Counted from the stretch's first letter, positions 36,541-51,291 are shown. The stretch: DNA of 64,000 nt from Obrimoposthia wandeli (GCA_977020255.1 CDROCS010003961.1:186001-250000), one strand, 5' to 3'. The notes: a model not told the origin generated them from the letters alone. A program made the numbers and translations.

Positions 36541-37440
36541 GGCTGAATGTCGGCTGAAAAACATTTTGGATTTTAATATCCCGAGAAACAAGTTTGAGAT
36601 GAAGTATCTATCAGCTCAGTCCAGGCCTCGTGAAGGAGCTACATGGCGACAACTTTGATCGAGGGCCAGATGCTTGTACATTGTTTCGAGAATTATTTAC
36701 CAATCATTTCAATATTTTATAAAGTGTTGAACGTTAAATTTATTTTTGCAAAAATCAAGTGTTGTCATTATTAGTGGAAATTTGTTAAAAATCGTTTCTA
36801 AACATAAATTAGAAATGTTATAGAATATTGTAGTAATGTTTCACCATATTTTATTTATTCCGCATAACTAAACAGCACATATTTGGTTGTTCTTTTAAAA
36901 TAACTTAGGATTTAGAAGTGTATTTTACACATAAGACCAATTTCATTGTCCGTACAAAAATCTTTTTTTAAATAGACAATTAAAATGCCCACATAAATAA
37001 ATGGTTTATTTTCTTATTATTCATGTTGGAAGTATTTGTGAAGTAATTCAATTCAATAATAGATTTTCATTTTGTCTTTTCTAAGATCACTACTGGAAGT
37101 TATTCAAAAAGAAGTCATTTGCAGTATAGTGTTTTCTTTTTGTTTGTATCACGATCAATTTCTCTATGTTATGTTTTCTTTACAGTTTTCGTACGTAATT
37201 CAATGTTAATTATTATTTTAGGTTTAAGGTTTCGAGACAGTTTCTATTTTAATTTGAGTAAGCTGAATTAAGAACTCTTTATCAACCAGGGCAAATTTTA
37301 ATTTCCAATGTTTTAATATTTATATTTCATATATAATTGCTTAATATTTTTAAATAGCTTTATTAAGATATTATATTTTTCAAGCAACTGGTATCATGAA
37401 GAGGACGTGTGAAAAGTATTAAAAATGTTTTTAATATATC

Positions 37441-38676
37441 TGTTGTAAAAACTATTCTTCAAAGAATCACTTTGAAGTAAAATTGACAAGGCTATTATTT
37501 CTTCATTTCAACAATTATAGGTGACGCTGCAATTCAAAACTTTGGCACTGTCAAGGTCTCAAGAACCAATGTTAGAGTAACTGCCAGGGAGGTTTCTGGT
37601 TCTCTCACCACCCGTAGCTCACACTCAGAATCTAGTCATCTCATGATTTTAAAGCTACGGGGTCTATAAGGCAGCTATACCGAATATTTTTGTATTGTCT
37701 ATTAGCGAGTTAGTCGAACAGATGACCACAATTTCTTAAGCCTTGAAGAGGTCATAAAATGTATATTTAATAACGTGAAAAATGGGAAAATGCTGTAGAA
37801 GATTGAGACTCTGAAACAATTGAGAAAAAAGAAAAGAATCATTCTATATTTAAAATCCCAGTAAACGATTTGTACTGTTGCATAACGACATTCCAATCGG
37901 CGACAATCGTACACAATCATCAATATCCGGCCTGCCACATAGGTAAAATTAATACTTAAAAAGAAAAATTGTTTACTGAATCTCAGTAGATATTACGAAC
38001 GAGCTAATCGTAACAGAAAAGTTTAACCAAGCTAACTAAAAAATTGAACCAAGCTAAAGTCGTGGAAAAGGGAACTATCGAATTGATCAAATACGGAAGA
38101 CTGTACCACACTCCTGGAGTTAGAGATTAAACGCAACAACAACAATCGGTGAGGGTGAATTATTGTAAAGCGAATTATCATTAAACTGTATTATCATCAA
38201 AGTGAATTATATTTAAACGTGTTATTAAGTGAACTGTACTATAACGTAATTGAATTTCAATGGATAAAGATATATTAAAGTTAATTATTCATAGTTAATA
38301 ATAAAATTGTTTGAATAATAATTTATCTAAAATTTTGTTAATTGAACCTATCCACACGTTGTAGTGTCATCCTACCACAGCATCTAGATTAGTTGAGCAT
38401 CATACCTTACTTAGAGTATGTATACCTGAAGTGAAAATAAAATCATTTTAAAATTATTCCGAGTTAAGTTTTACTAAAAGACGACCCAACACAACATTGA
38501 ATTTGGACAGAACACAAACAAACAACACGACTAGAAAACCTTCAGATAGTGAGACAAATCTTCAGATAATTTACAATAGGTAGTCCACACCACCTGTAAG
38601 CCCTATTGCTAGACTCACGTTGGGAGTCTCCATACGAGGATTCTAATAATCAGACATTTATTAGAAAACCCCAACG
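37441..38676 (+). mobile_element. Solo LTR, family copy D (1236 bp)
   Basis: Starts TGTTGT and ends AGAAAACCCCAACG. Perfect 4-bp TSD TATC (37437-37440, 38677-38680). 3' block homologous to copies A, B and C. Confidence 0.8.
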
Positions 38677-41600
38677 TATCGTAACAAGATCTTGTATCGA
38701 TGCAAATATATTTTTCTTTTGACAATTCATATCAAATGTGAATTTATGATACACTTCATAAAATATGTTTTTGAGGGTCCTCGAATTAAGTAATTAGGGA
38801 AATATGTCTATTTTAGTCAGAGTCTTGAACAAAATGAAATGAATATCTCGAATATATTATAATATAATTTCTAAAGAATCATCACAGTGAAGAATGTGAT
38901 GCTTTTGTCAAAGACATTTTTGAATAGCTTTCCCATTTTCGGGGTACACATGTTGACTAAAATAATTTTTTGAGCTCACATCTGGACTACTTTCTAGACA
39001 AGTGTGTGGATGTTAGTGAGGAGCAGAGTGAGCAATTCCATTTAGATATGTGTGTCATGGAAAATCCTATGAATATAAATACTTAGAATTTAACGTGCTC
39101 AACTTATTTTCTCAAACTTAAATGGGTACGATGAGTAGCATTCTTCATTGAACTCGCACAATTTAATACGAAAATCTAGTGGACAGATTTCGGTAATCAG
39201 AATTAGCGATATATTATGAACCAAACATAGCCTAACATTAGTATATGCTACATTACCAGTTATGTTTATCGAAATGACTCAGTAAGTATTCTTTTTTAAA
39301 TGTGCAACTTCAATGAATAAGTTCATTTGATTTTATAACAGTTGATGATAATACATACTTCCAAATTTAATCATTCACTTGGCAAAAATGCAACATCCCT
39401 GATGAAACCTCATAGGCGATGCTTGGATGTCAGCATACTTGCTGATTACTGTTGTATCTGAATAAAGATGTTACAAATTTGATTCATTTTCTTTTATGCA
39501 GATTTTATTTACAATTCCAGAGACCTAATGAGGAAAAATGAGTTGCATTGAATTATATAAAAACTGTATAGAATATATTGGAATTCACAAATGTATTTTC
39601 CAAAACTGTTGTAGTTATTTCTGGCGATTCAAAGTGAATATTTATGAAATCTCTTCAACATAATTAATTCCCAAATAATCTGTTTGTTGGTTTCTGTTTA
39701 CTTTTCTGATAACCATATTACAGAATTATAGACCAAAGCCTATTTGTTTTAGACATATGCATTATTTCCTCATCTGATTAAGAATTTTGTGTGAAAATGC
39801 CTTATCACCGATTTTAATTTTCAATCACAGAAATTGAACTGGAGTCAGGAAAATCGTGCAAAAATTACTTATCACTTCTTTTCTGGGCACATTTAACTAA
39901 TTTCATCAACAATTACTTGAATTAAGTCACAAATTGTTTGTGATAATTTTTTGAAAGCAAAAACACATTTTTTATAAATACATATTAATGTTAGAAATAA
40001 AGTTTTTAATTACAATTGCACTGTATATTATTTATTTAAATCATACATATCAATAATAGAAACGTAAAAATGTAATGGGAATATTTGTCAGTGAACCCAG
40101 TAAACTGGAGATCACGCTCAACTTGTATTGATATCTCTGCTGGTTGATTACTTAGTGGAATATTTTGATAGAAAATGGTATAGATAATCAGTGTTTATTT
40201 ACAGATTTTTGCCTTTTTATAAGACCTTAAACAATAAAATGATTATTCTTCTGAGTGGTTGAATTCTTATCACTGAACTATAACTTTTCTTATGGCAGAT
40301 ATATTATTCTGAAAATTTGATGTAATGTTGATCTTTCACACGTATTTCTTGTAATTTTCAATTTTTTAAATAAATTTCTTCTATGTGTTTTTCACGGTAC
40401 ATATCGCAAGACTTGGGAAACTAAATATGTTCCAAAGATCACAAAACTCATAGCAAATAATATCATACATTTGGTTTTTTATTTTTCTTTAAGCTTTTAT
40501 AACGCTTTATAATTTGAGATTCCTTCAGAATGAGACTGAAATAAAAAGCAGTATGGGCGTAAATTGTTTCTGGGCTAGAGAAGCGCAGTTGAAAATACTG
40601 AACCATACGTTTTCACAATGTCTACATATAGGTCACCAGAAACTCTCGTGATTTTAGATTGCCTAGTTTTACTAATGAAATATTCGCTGTCTTAAAGACC
40701 CTTTCTAAATTCTTAACTGGATTTCCTTAAGGATCTACATTCGTTGTCATCCGTACGATACATCTCAGAATCGTACTATGGACCTTAGAAGGGCGTGCGT
40801 GGTCAGTATTGCTTTCTGACCGTATCTTAAATAATTTAGTATGGTTCTTTGATTTCAGGTAATCGTGGATTGTTTGACGGTGAACGTGATCAATTTTCAC
40901 ATTGTGAATTTTACTCTGGAAAAAGCCAAAATCTATTTAAACTGGTCGTCACCAAATTCCATCACACGTTGATCTGGTTGTATGTTCACAAACCTCCTAT
41001 TTATTTTTATCCAAAGAAAAAGTCATATTAATTTTCTAATATTTTACGTTATAATATTTAATACATATACAGCTACTTAGTTAATGTTTTGTGAGACAAT
41101 TAAATTTAACAATTTGAAAATGTATAAAATACACATCATGACGAATTGCTAAACAAGGTTCAGAGACGTCCACAACCTTGAGGTTTATGAAAATTATTTT
41201 CTTGATGGATAGTGATCCCAGACCCAATGGTCCCGAGACGTGGAATTCGAATTCCACTTGACTGAGTTAACTACCGACTCCTTTTGGGTGACCGGATAGG
41301 TTAAAATCAAACCATTTAAATTTTCCTAGTTAATTTTCATAAGATCATCTAGATTTTGATACAATGGCAGATGGAAGGATGGAATTTCACCCACTTGATA
41401 ACACCTGTGTGCGCCACCAATCGTAAGTTAATGTATGTATACCATACATGCTGATGTAATCACCATAAGGGTGGTCGTCCACACCATAAGGGTCCGGTTG
41501 AGAAACGTTATGAAGGTTTGAAGGTATGTTAGAGAACATCTATGTTAGGCCAACACAATTTAACACATCAAGGCCTTGGTTGCCAGGTGGAAACCCGAAG

Positions 41601-43518
41601 TGGCGGTGCAGCGACGATGAGCTCGGCGGGGATGAATGCTGAACTGGTCCAGTCACTGTGTGTGTTATGGTGAAGGACACCAACCAATTATTTTGTGTTT
41701 AGCGTACGCGAGGCGATGCTCAACCATGGAAGCATTGACTTGTGCTATAAATAGCATGTGTGAGCCAATTTTGGATCGAAAATTTAATAGTTTTGATTGT
41801 TTTCGGTTCAATGAAGTTATTGCAGCATCAATATTCTTAATTTAATGTTTTTACTTTACATCGAATTAGATTTTGAATTACAGCTATTAACGAAAACTTA
41901 ATTGTTAGCACTGGTGTATTAAAATTGGTGATTCGACTGACTGAAACAGTTTTGGGCGTATAAGTCACTGCGTGTGACAATAGCCATAATATATCGAATA
42001 ATACTCCATTATCTAATAAATCGCGGATTTGATTTTCAATAACGCTTTCTGTTTTCCGTTATTCTTCAAAATATTTTTAAACAACAAAGTCATCAGTTGC
42101 TTGAATTTTTCACCATTCTTACAGTTTCTTATATTCATCGGCAGATTTCTGTAAATATTCGAAGCATAAATTTAAAATCTTCCATAACTCTGTTTAATAT
42201 GTGAGACTTTCTTAACTAATCGGCAGTGATTATCGTTGTTCCTAATATGTATGTACCTGCTCGCTGCACCACCACAAGTCTAAGCTCTCTGTCTAATTTG
42301 AGGATATAACTTGATGGAATTTCTACCAGCAGCAGCTGTTGGTGAAAATGGTGTTCTTTCTCTTTTCAAGGTATTTAAAATTTGTTTTGACAATCGATAA
42401 AGGTAAAAACCTTTTTCACCAAAATTTACTTTTTCAAACGCATGCCATTTCCAAAGAAAGAAAACTTTCCCCATTAAGCAAACATGAAACTTGATTATCC
42501 CTATCCATATGATGAAACTCTGACAGCTGTGAATTTACGTAAACTTTAAATTCATTGGAATGACTTCTTTTTATATATTTACTATCTATATTTGTATCTG
42601 TGAGTAACACATATAAACAATATTTTGTTCTGTTTTATTTAATTTTAGGCATGAGGTTTGACATTGTTAAAACATGTAGACGAATTGGGTCAACTTGGCA
42701 ATACTGATATCAAGGCAACATTTGTATACAACAATTTTCCACATAGATAATGGATAAAAAATTAAATGTATCAACCTTCATTACATAAGAATGTATCGAA
42801 ATTATTTCCAAATTTGATTTCTTTCAATAAAGATTTAATCGTCCATAATTTTATTTATTACTTAGATTCGTGTTCTCTTTACTTTTTCGGCAAAGACAAA
42901 TATATATTGATCTAATTTTGATGATTTAGTACATTGTAGAAACAGTTGTTAAAGGTTAAATGACAAATAAATGTGCAGTTAGTTTGAAAAAGTTTAACTT
43001 GAAATAAATTTAGTGCAAATAACTTAATTAAATAATTATTCGATGACACTAACTATGAAAATGGTAAGTTTTTTTTACCGCTATTTATATAAAAATAAAA
43101 ATGTCATCATCTACTTGATTTTGAGATAATCTCTACTGTTGCAATATAAATTGCATTTAAAAATAAGATAGAGCAAAAACTGTGGAAGTACATTTTGTTT
43201 AAATATATGACCGTACTTCCGCAGTTTCGGTTTCATAATAAATAAATACCAATATGGTAAAAATAATGCAATTTAAAATTCACAATAACAAAAGTTCAAT
43301 TCAATTGATTATTTATTTTAAGTTTCGTTTTCGATATCATTTTGTAAAACGTGTATTTAGATAAATATCTGACAAAAGTTGAATTCAATTGATTATTTAT
43401 TTCAAGTTTTGGTTTCGGTACTAATTTGTAAAACTTGATAGACAGCAGCGAGGTTATGAAAAGAGAATATGGTGATAGCTCAACGATAAACGGATATGGT
43501 TGGCAAGATACTGGTGGA

Positions 43519-44067
43519 AAAGTCGCTGAATATAATCTATCAACAAAAGTAGTAGATGTCATGATCAATGTTCCTAATGCTGCTACTGATAGCGAACGTC
43601 AAGTGGTTATATGTGCTGCACAAAGTGCGAATCTCCACTGTATAAAACTTATCAATGATACAACTGTATCTGCAGTTGCATATGGTCTCTACTGTCCGGA
43701 TTTCCCAGAACCTAAACAAAAACCGAGAAAAGTAGCATTTATTGACATGGGATACTCAAAATTGCAAGCAAATATTGTTGCTTTTAACAAAGGTAAAATG
43801 AGAGTAGTTGCAAGTCCGTGTGCAGATATGGGTGGAAAAGACTTTGAACGTGTTATTATTGATCATGCGAAGATCAACTTTGAGAGCACTTTCAAGTTGG
43901 ATGTAATTGATGGAAAGAAACCTTCTATTCGTCTCACCCAGGAATGTGAAAAACTTGAAAAATTGATGAGTGCAAATTCCACTGAGATCCAAATGAATAT
44001 TGAATGTTTCATAAATTATGTTGATGTTCATATGCGAATGAAGCGAAATTATTTCGAGAATCTTTAA
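43519..44067 (+). pseudogene. HSP110: Intronless HSP110/HSPA4-type nucleotide-binding-domain fragment inside the LTR element
   Basis: VVDVMINVP...TDSERQ, LINDTT..AVAYGLY, KPRKVAFIDMGYS, AFNKGK, RLTQECEKLEKLMSAN and MNIECF are HSP110-specific rather than canonical HSP70. Open for 183 codons within ORF 43435-44067. Confidence 0.93.
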
Positions 44068-44089
44068 ACTTCTCTAAACTAAGTGATAA

Positions 44090-47000
44090 TGGAAAGAAAG
44101 TCGATATGTTAATATGATCAGATTTCATTGAAATGCATAGGAATATTGAAAAACGATGGAGAGGATCTAAAGATCCAATAGCATGAATGACATCATTAGG
44201 GTGGACAGTGTATGTCGAGCAAATTTAGAAAGGACATACAAAAAACAAACTTTATCAGAAGTTATTTGGGTAACACAGAATTAGACAGTCAGCTACATCG
44301 ATTTCGGGAAGTTGAAAACCTTTGTGACGATACAAAAATAATGAAAAAGACGGATAAGCTGAGTTACGAGAATAGCATAAAGGCGATGGTAATGGAAGAA
44401 GGAAGATATGAAGTGAAGATTCCATGGAAAGATGGGATTATGGAACTTCAAATGGCAATGAAAAGATTGCTGAGTTTGTAAAGAAGGTTAAATGAAGATA
44501 ATGAATTATCAGAAGATTACTCAAAGATAATTGATGATCAAGTAGAAAAAGGGTACATGAGACCACTTAAGAAAGAAGAGACGAAGGAGACGCGAAAGGT
44601 ATTTTCTGCATTTTCCAGTGATAAATCGGGATCAAAAAACTACTAAAGTAAGAATAGTTTTCGATGCCGCCGCAATAGATTGCGGGAAGTATTTAAATGA
44701 TTTCATTGATAGCGGGCCAAAGCTACAGGGAGACGTGAAGGAAATACTTCTCAGATTTCGAGAAACAAGAATTGCATTGGCTTGTGATATCACGAAAATG
44801 TATTTATAAGTAAAGGTAGATCGTTCGTATCGAAAATGGTTACGTTTCTTATGGAACGACAAAGAAGGAAATGTATTGACCTATGCATATGAACGGATAG
44901 TGTTCGGGTTAAATGTATCGCCATTTCTGGCACAAATGGTATCAAGGGAAAATGCAGAAAGATACAAGGAGAAGTATCCAGATAGTGCGAGATTGATCTT
45001 GGGAAATACCTATATGGATCATACATTGTGCTCTGTAGATACAGAAGATCTAGCTAAGAATACAATGTCTGAAGGGAAAGAAATATGGAAAGGAGCGAAA
45101 AGGGAAGCCAAAACTGGAAACTAATAGTGAAGAAATCAACAAGGATATCCCATTATCAGATCAAGCAAAGGTATTAAAGATAGAAGATGAAGAACGTCAA
45201 GTTAAGACATTAAGAATTCAGTGGGATTCTCAAGAAAATTATTTCACTTTTAAAACCAAAGTGTATTATGGGATCAATATTAGTAAGCGAGAATTCCTAA
45301 GTATTTTGTCAACAGTATCTGACCCTTTGGGGTTCGTGAGTCCATTTATTGTGAAAGCGAAGATATTAATGCAAAAAGTATGGTTAAAAGGATAAGTTTG
45401 GGATGAAAAGATAGAAGGATATTTAAAGTAAGATATAATGATGTGGCTTTCACAATGTAAAGAACTATACCAAGTCACTATATCGAGATAGGTCAAAATA
45501 GAACCGGATAAAGAGAGAGATATTCACGTCTTCGTAGATGCTTCATCAGAAGATTATGGATCTGTTACATATCTAAGGGCAAGGAAAAAGGGAAAGTAAA
45601 AGTTGTATTAATAACAGCGAAATCGAAAGTAGCACTGTTGAAAACAGTGAGTATTCCGAGATTGGAATTGATGGTCCCATGTGAAGGGATTAAATTAGCA
45701 AAGGTTATAGCGAGATCGTGGAATGAAGAATGTAAGAAGGTGATATTCTTGTCAGATACTGAAGATATGTTGTGGTGGATAAAACAACAAGGTAGAAATT
45801 ATAAACCTTTTGTTGCAAATAGAATTGGAAAGATCCTTGAAACAACGGATATAAATCAATGGAGACATCTACCAACAAAAGAAAACCCAGCGGATATTTT
45901 ATCGCGAAGGGTAGTGTAATTGAATGTATCTCTATCAGGAAGTGGTGGGAAGGACAAGAATATTTAAAGAAAACAAAAGAGATGTGGCCGATAAATAATA
46001 AATTTGAAATATTCGAGGATGCGGAGAAGAAAGTATTACTTTATTGACATACGAGGTGAAATCCGTACATGAAAAAATACTAGAAGTTGAAAAGTATTCT
46101 AGTTTGACAAGAATAAAAATAATAGGAACTTGGATGGATCGATTTATTGATAATTGTAGAAAGAAAAAAGAAGTGCGGATAAAAGGAGAATTAACCGTTG
46201 AAGAAATGAAACTCAGTATGAGTAACCTGATCAAAGAATATCAAAGGAAATATTTTCAGATATAAATAAAAAGTTTAGTGAAGACTGGGGAAGTCTTAAA
46301 AAATAGCAAAATCTCAAAGCTAAGACCATTTATAGATGAAGGAGGGTTTTAAGAATAAAATCCAGATTAATTCATGCTGAATTCTTAAATTATGATAGTA
46401 AGTTATCAGTGATATTGTCAGGTGAAGGATGGCTAGCAAGGTTAGTAGTGAAAGATTTACATGATATACATTTTCACTACGCCAGCATCCAGCATATATT
46501 AAGTCTACTACTGAGAATATTTTGCATTTTAAAGTCTCGACGATTAATTAGAAAAATTGAAATGGAATGTGTGATTTGCAAAAGAGCAAAAGGAGCCCAT
46601 ATAAAAATATGATGGCACCATTACCGAAGTTCAGATTGGAAGAACCACTCAGGGCGTTTGTAAGAGTCAGTGTGGATTTTGCAGAACCTTTTTTGACAAA
46701 GTAAGGTCGGAGACAAGTAAGAGTAAAAATATATGTTTGTCTATTTACTTGTCTACAGAATCGAGCGTTTCATTTGTAGATGGCATATGGTTTGGACACC
46801 GATGCATTCGTCAGAGCATTTAAAAGGTTCATGGGAAGAAAAGGAAGGCTAACATTAATGTTGTCGGATAACGGTTTGAATTTTGTGGGAACAGCAAATC
46901 TGATAGAAGAAGTTAAGTTCGATACTTAGCACGATACGTATAAAGCAGAGTTAGTAAAGAATAATATTAGATGGGTTTTCAATCCGCCAGGTAGTCCTCA

Positions 47001-47532
47001 CTTTGGTGGTGTATTTGAGATAATGGTTAAATCGGTAAAAAAGGGCGATGAAAAGAGTGATGGAGAGTGCAGAATTGTCGAATGAAGAATTGGATACGAT
47101 GTTAATTGAAGTCGAGAGTCTTGTAAATTCTAATCCATTTAGTTATGTGAGTCAAGATAATAAGGAAATTACTTCATTGACGCCAAATAATATTTTGATA
47201 CCCGAAGGTATAGTAAATTGCGAATTTTGCTGCAAATAATGTAAAATCGGTGGAAGTTGTTACAAGGTCTGATGGAGCAATTATGGAAAATATGGATGGC
47301 GGATATCGTGACGATGTGGGCAGTTAGAAAGAAGTGGTGGGAAACGAAAGAACCATTAAAAGTAGACGATGTCGTGCTGGTATTGGAGAGAAAAATTGAG
47401 CGAGGAAATTAGCCATTGGCGAGAATACTAGAATTAATAAAGGGACAAAATGGATTGGTACGGGTAGTAAAATGGATGGTGGGGGAAAAGGAGAAGAAAA
47501 AGTTTGTGAGAAATTTATGTAGAGTATTGTGA
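44090..47532 (+). pseudogene. pol: BEL/Pao pol: protease tail, RT, RNase H, integrase and C-terminal domain, heavily disabled
   Basis: VDMLI*SD...SLGW, TTKVRIVFDA, LNDFIDSGPKL, DITKMY, FGL..SPF, YMD, PRLEL, WRHLPTKENPADI.SR, DFAEPF, SDNG, FNPPGSPHFGG.FE, W/PLARI.E...G.NG.VRVV. Many stops and frameshifts. Confidence 0.93.
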
Positions 47533-49079
47533 GAGAAAGAGTTCTTGTTTTGTGCTGCTTTGTTTTTTTGTTCAATATAAATTACATTTTAAAATAAGAT
47601 AGAGCAAAAACTGCGGTAGTACATTTTGTTTAAATATATTACCGTACTTCTGTAGTTTCGGTTTCGGTTTCATAATAAACAAATACTGATATGGTATAAA
47701 TAATGCAATTTAAAATTCACAATAACAGAAGTTCAATTCAATTGATTGTTTATTTCAAGTTTTGGTTTCGGTACTATTTTGAAAAACATCTACTTTATGC
47801 TCCATTATGACTTCATTTATGTAAATATATTTTATTGCATTTACAGAAAATATAAATATACACAGAATACAGCTCAGTATATGTTTAAAGATTCCTCGGT
47901 GTAAACATTACTATTAATTCTCGAATTAAAAAAGTGATAAAAACATGTAACATTCATATCAAAAAGATTTATCTACAAAGAAATGACTTAGTTATTGAGA
48001 TTACTGCAATGCTACATGCGATTATAAAATCAAGACTTAATTTTCAAAATTATATACTTTTAGTATTTTAGCTTATCAATTAAATTGCTTGCAAAACAAT
48101 TTAAACAAAGCCTTTGGAATGTTATTTTAAATAATGAAAAGTACTAGTAAGTAGTGTAAAGTGTCCATTTTAAAGTAGGTGTACAGACCTCTTTGTACAC
48201 AATCGAAAACAGATCGCACGCAAGTGGGGAGTAAATGTTCTTTATGTACAACAAACTATAATAGATCGTTCTGGCTCGAGGTATTTGCTCATATTTTGGA
48301 ATATACACTTTACACGACTAATGGGGTTTCTGCTCGGGAGAAACCCATTTTCAGACAATTTTATATTAGACGTTAAAAATTGAATTAATGTTCTAAATGT
48401 TTTTCCACCATTCCTCATAAATACTTCACCTACACTTTCATCTTTGAATTTTTAGATGGAATCTTTAAAAAGATCATTGTATAATTCATAAGTTAGTCTG
48501 ATAATTGCAAGTTTCCGACAACTCATTTGAAATAAGTTCTTTTTGATAAAAAAACGGTCTTGTAAACTTTCTTACATTCCAGGAAAAAACCCACTATTCA
48601 TTGTCTTTTCTTCATTGTTTTTATATGAATTTAAAAGCTGATGTAAGTTGACTGCACCAGTATAATTGTATTTGTCATTGCGATAAAGCATTAGAGAATT
48701 AGCTACGTGTTCATTTTAACTCAATTTGGTATGATTAATAAGGATTTTTAGACACTGTTTAAGCACATGAATGCACGTGTTTGAGTTATTTTGAAAAACA
48801 ATTATTAACATTTATTAGGTCTTATAGTCTTATCAGTATATATTAAGTCTTTGAGATATTGGGCATTTTGTTCCAGTCTTTGTTTGTTACACCCGAAATC
48901 ATTGTCTTACAAAACTGTTTTCACAAACAAATTTCATCAGTGTTACAAACATATTCAAAATATAATGATTTCACTAGTAATTCAAGTGCTTTTATGTATT
49001 ATGCACCGCAAAATTTGTCATATTTTAAGTGCATACCATACAAAACTCAATTCACTATAGCTTTCAATCTTATTATATA

Positions 49080-49770
49080 GATCATATGATCATATATAAT
49101 CCTGAAACTTACTAAAGATAAACGTTGTGATATATTAAAAAGGCATCAAATTATAAGTGTTGAGAATTCTATGAAAATATGAAAAGTCAAAAATAAATAT
49201 TTAATTAAAATTGTAGCAAAATTTGATCTTGATCAGTTCAAAAATATTTTAGAATTTTACATACCTGATTTGAAAAAAAATCTTTAGAGATTGAAACTTG
49301 TTTCTAGAGATGAAGCTAGTTATGCGGTTTGTATATATTTAAATAGAAACATATATGATATGTCAATACATATTAATGGATATGATGTTGCTGCTGATGA
49401 AAACATACAGCGTTTTTTTTATAAAGCTAATATGATGTTTTATATTTAATATTTGTGTTGATTTAATAAATGTCTTAAAATTAATTTTTGTCTTGTGTTT
49501 TGTTATTTTTTTAAAAAATGTATATAGCTTTGATCTACATATTTTTGCCATAAAGAGCGATTGAAATAAATTTGATAGACAGGGATAAACAATGATATAT
49601 ATTACATATGATCAATAAAAATAGATAATTTTTTAAAAAGATAATGCACACAAACTCCATACTCCAACATAAAATTTTATTTCATACACACATACGCGGT
49701 TTTAAACGATATAGGATTGCTAACTCTTCTTAGAAGTGGTGCATGATGTGGATTAGAACGGACATAATTA
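49080..49770 (+). mobile_element. Old decayed Polinton right end: gene F homologue plus eroded TIR
   Basis: CDILKRHQII...KNKYLIKI...DLDQFKNILEFYIPD...ANMMFYI is homologous to 28861-29271. CACACATACGCGGTTTTAAA...GTGGATTAGAACGGACA at about 49685-49765. Confidence 0.7.
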
Positions 49771-51291
49771 TTTACAATTTTATAAATTTATAACAAATTA
49801 TGTCATAAATGTAATATGTAATAAATACAAATGGAGGATTTTTTTTTAAAGTTCATTATTAAGAGGTAAAAAGATCTTGTAAATTATTTTAACCCGTATA
49901 ATCATTATTTTAACAGCCAAATTGAAAAACATTTTTGCACGATTCGGGATGCAATTCAAATAAATTAAAAATATAAGAAACATAAACATTGGTCTTAGTT
50001 ATTACCAAACATTCATTATATGCTTAATTTTACTTACTTCATACTACATTAAGTTTTTTTATTGAATATATTAACTTTTCAGAGGGAAGGAAAGATATTC
50101 CGTCATTGAAATAAATAAATGCAAGTAATATTCATTTTTATATTTGCAGTTACTGAATTTGTCACTAAATTGATATCAAAATTAAATTTACTCAAATTTG
50201 AGACAAGCCAAAATAAAAACATGAATTTATTTCATTTATTAATCACAGTTAAAAAAGGTAACTATAATTTAATAAATTATTAAACGTTTAACCCATAAAA
50301 AGTCATTTTTGTATGATAAATTATTATTTGAAGTTAGATTTCTTGGGAAAATGTTCAGACAGACAATTAGTAGAATATTACGACTAAGATTTATTAGTAT
50401 GGTGGCTCAAAAGTCATAAGCTGGTATCAGTTTTAGCATTAAAATCATAAAAAACGTAAAATGGTGTAAAATGTAATTTTAATTCTCTATAAATTTATTT
50501 TAAATGGATTTTTTCCATATAAAAAATTTCTTTACTATTACGTTTTTATGATTTTTTTAACATTTATAAAATGATTACTTTTTTGTCTTATATATAAATG
50601 AAATGAAAAAGATAATTAAAAATATTTAATGCAATGCACTTGTTTAATTAATAATGCAGGTAAATTGCTATATAGAAATATATTTGGGTAAGAAGTTCAT
50701 AATTGTACAACACATAAAATCAAAAGAAAATTGAAAAAAGAGGATTTAACAAATGAACCTCAGAAAGATCGAATAATTCAAATAAATGGAAGCATTTATA
50801 CAAACAAAAAAAGCTAAGAGAAATTGATATTACAATATCAAAAATATATAAATCCTTATTCTAAACTTTTGTGAAAAGAAAGCATTTCTTATTTCGATCT
50901 TTTATTTATGTAAGAGTCTTATATGCCAGATAAAAATTTATGCGTGTCAGTGAACGAAATATGTGCTGTTGAGGGATAAATGTTGTTAATTCAGAAAAAT
51001 TCCCATGGAGGATATAAAAACCATAGTTAATTCATTTGATCCGGATACATCTGATGCAATAAATGAGGCTCAAAGTATATTAAAATAATATTAAATTAAA
51101 CTTCATTTAGCCTATATTTACTGCAATTATCCGGTTATTGCAGAGATAATTGAGAAATTGGAAGCAATGGCACAACGACGATATTAAGATTAATTTAACA
51201 ATAAATCCTGCTCAAATAGCTTCACTAAAGTATTTATCTTTAAAAATATATTGAAGTTAAACGAGCCTCAAAATACAAATGCATTTCATGG

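Larger units (their letters stand above)
43137..47788 (+). mobile_element. BEL/Pao LTR retrotransposon (4652 bp), gag-less, carrying an HSP110 fragment
   Basis: Direct LTRs at 43137-about 43351 (plus a duplicated LTR tail to about 43436) and 47569-47788, roughly 90% identical by eye. Perfect 5-bp TSD TCTAC (43132-43136, 47789-47793). Confidence 0.93.

Noticed and set aside
41175-42247. Possible fifth solo LTR in reverse orientation
   Set aside because: Only weak end similarity (TTGAGGTTT, TCCTAATA) and no TSD could be identified.
43435-44067. HSP110 as a functional nested host gene
   Set aside because: It covers only part of the NBD, lacks the substrate-binding domain and introns, and sits between the LTR and pol of a retroelement.
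48180-48520. Short motifs resembling piggyBac or pPolB (KFKDES) on the minus strand
   Set aside because: Too short and unsupported by neighbouring motifs.
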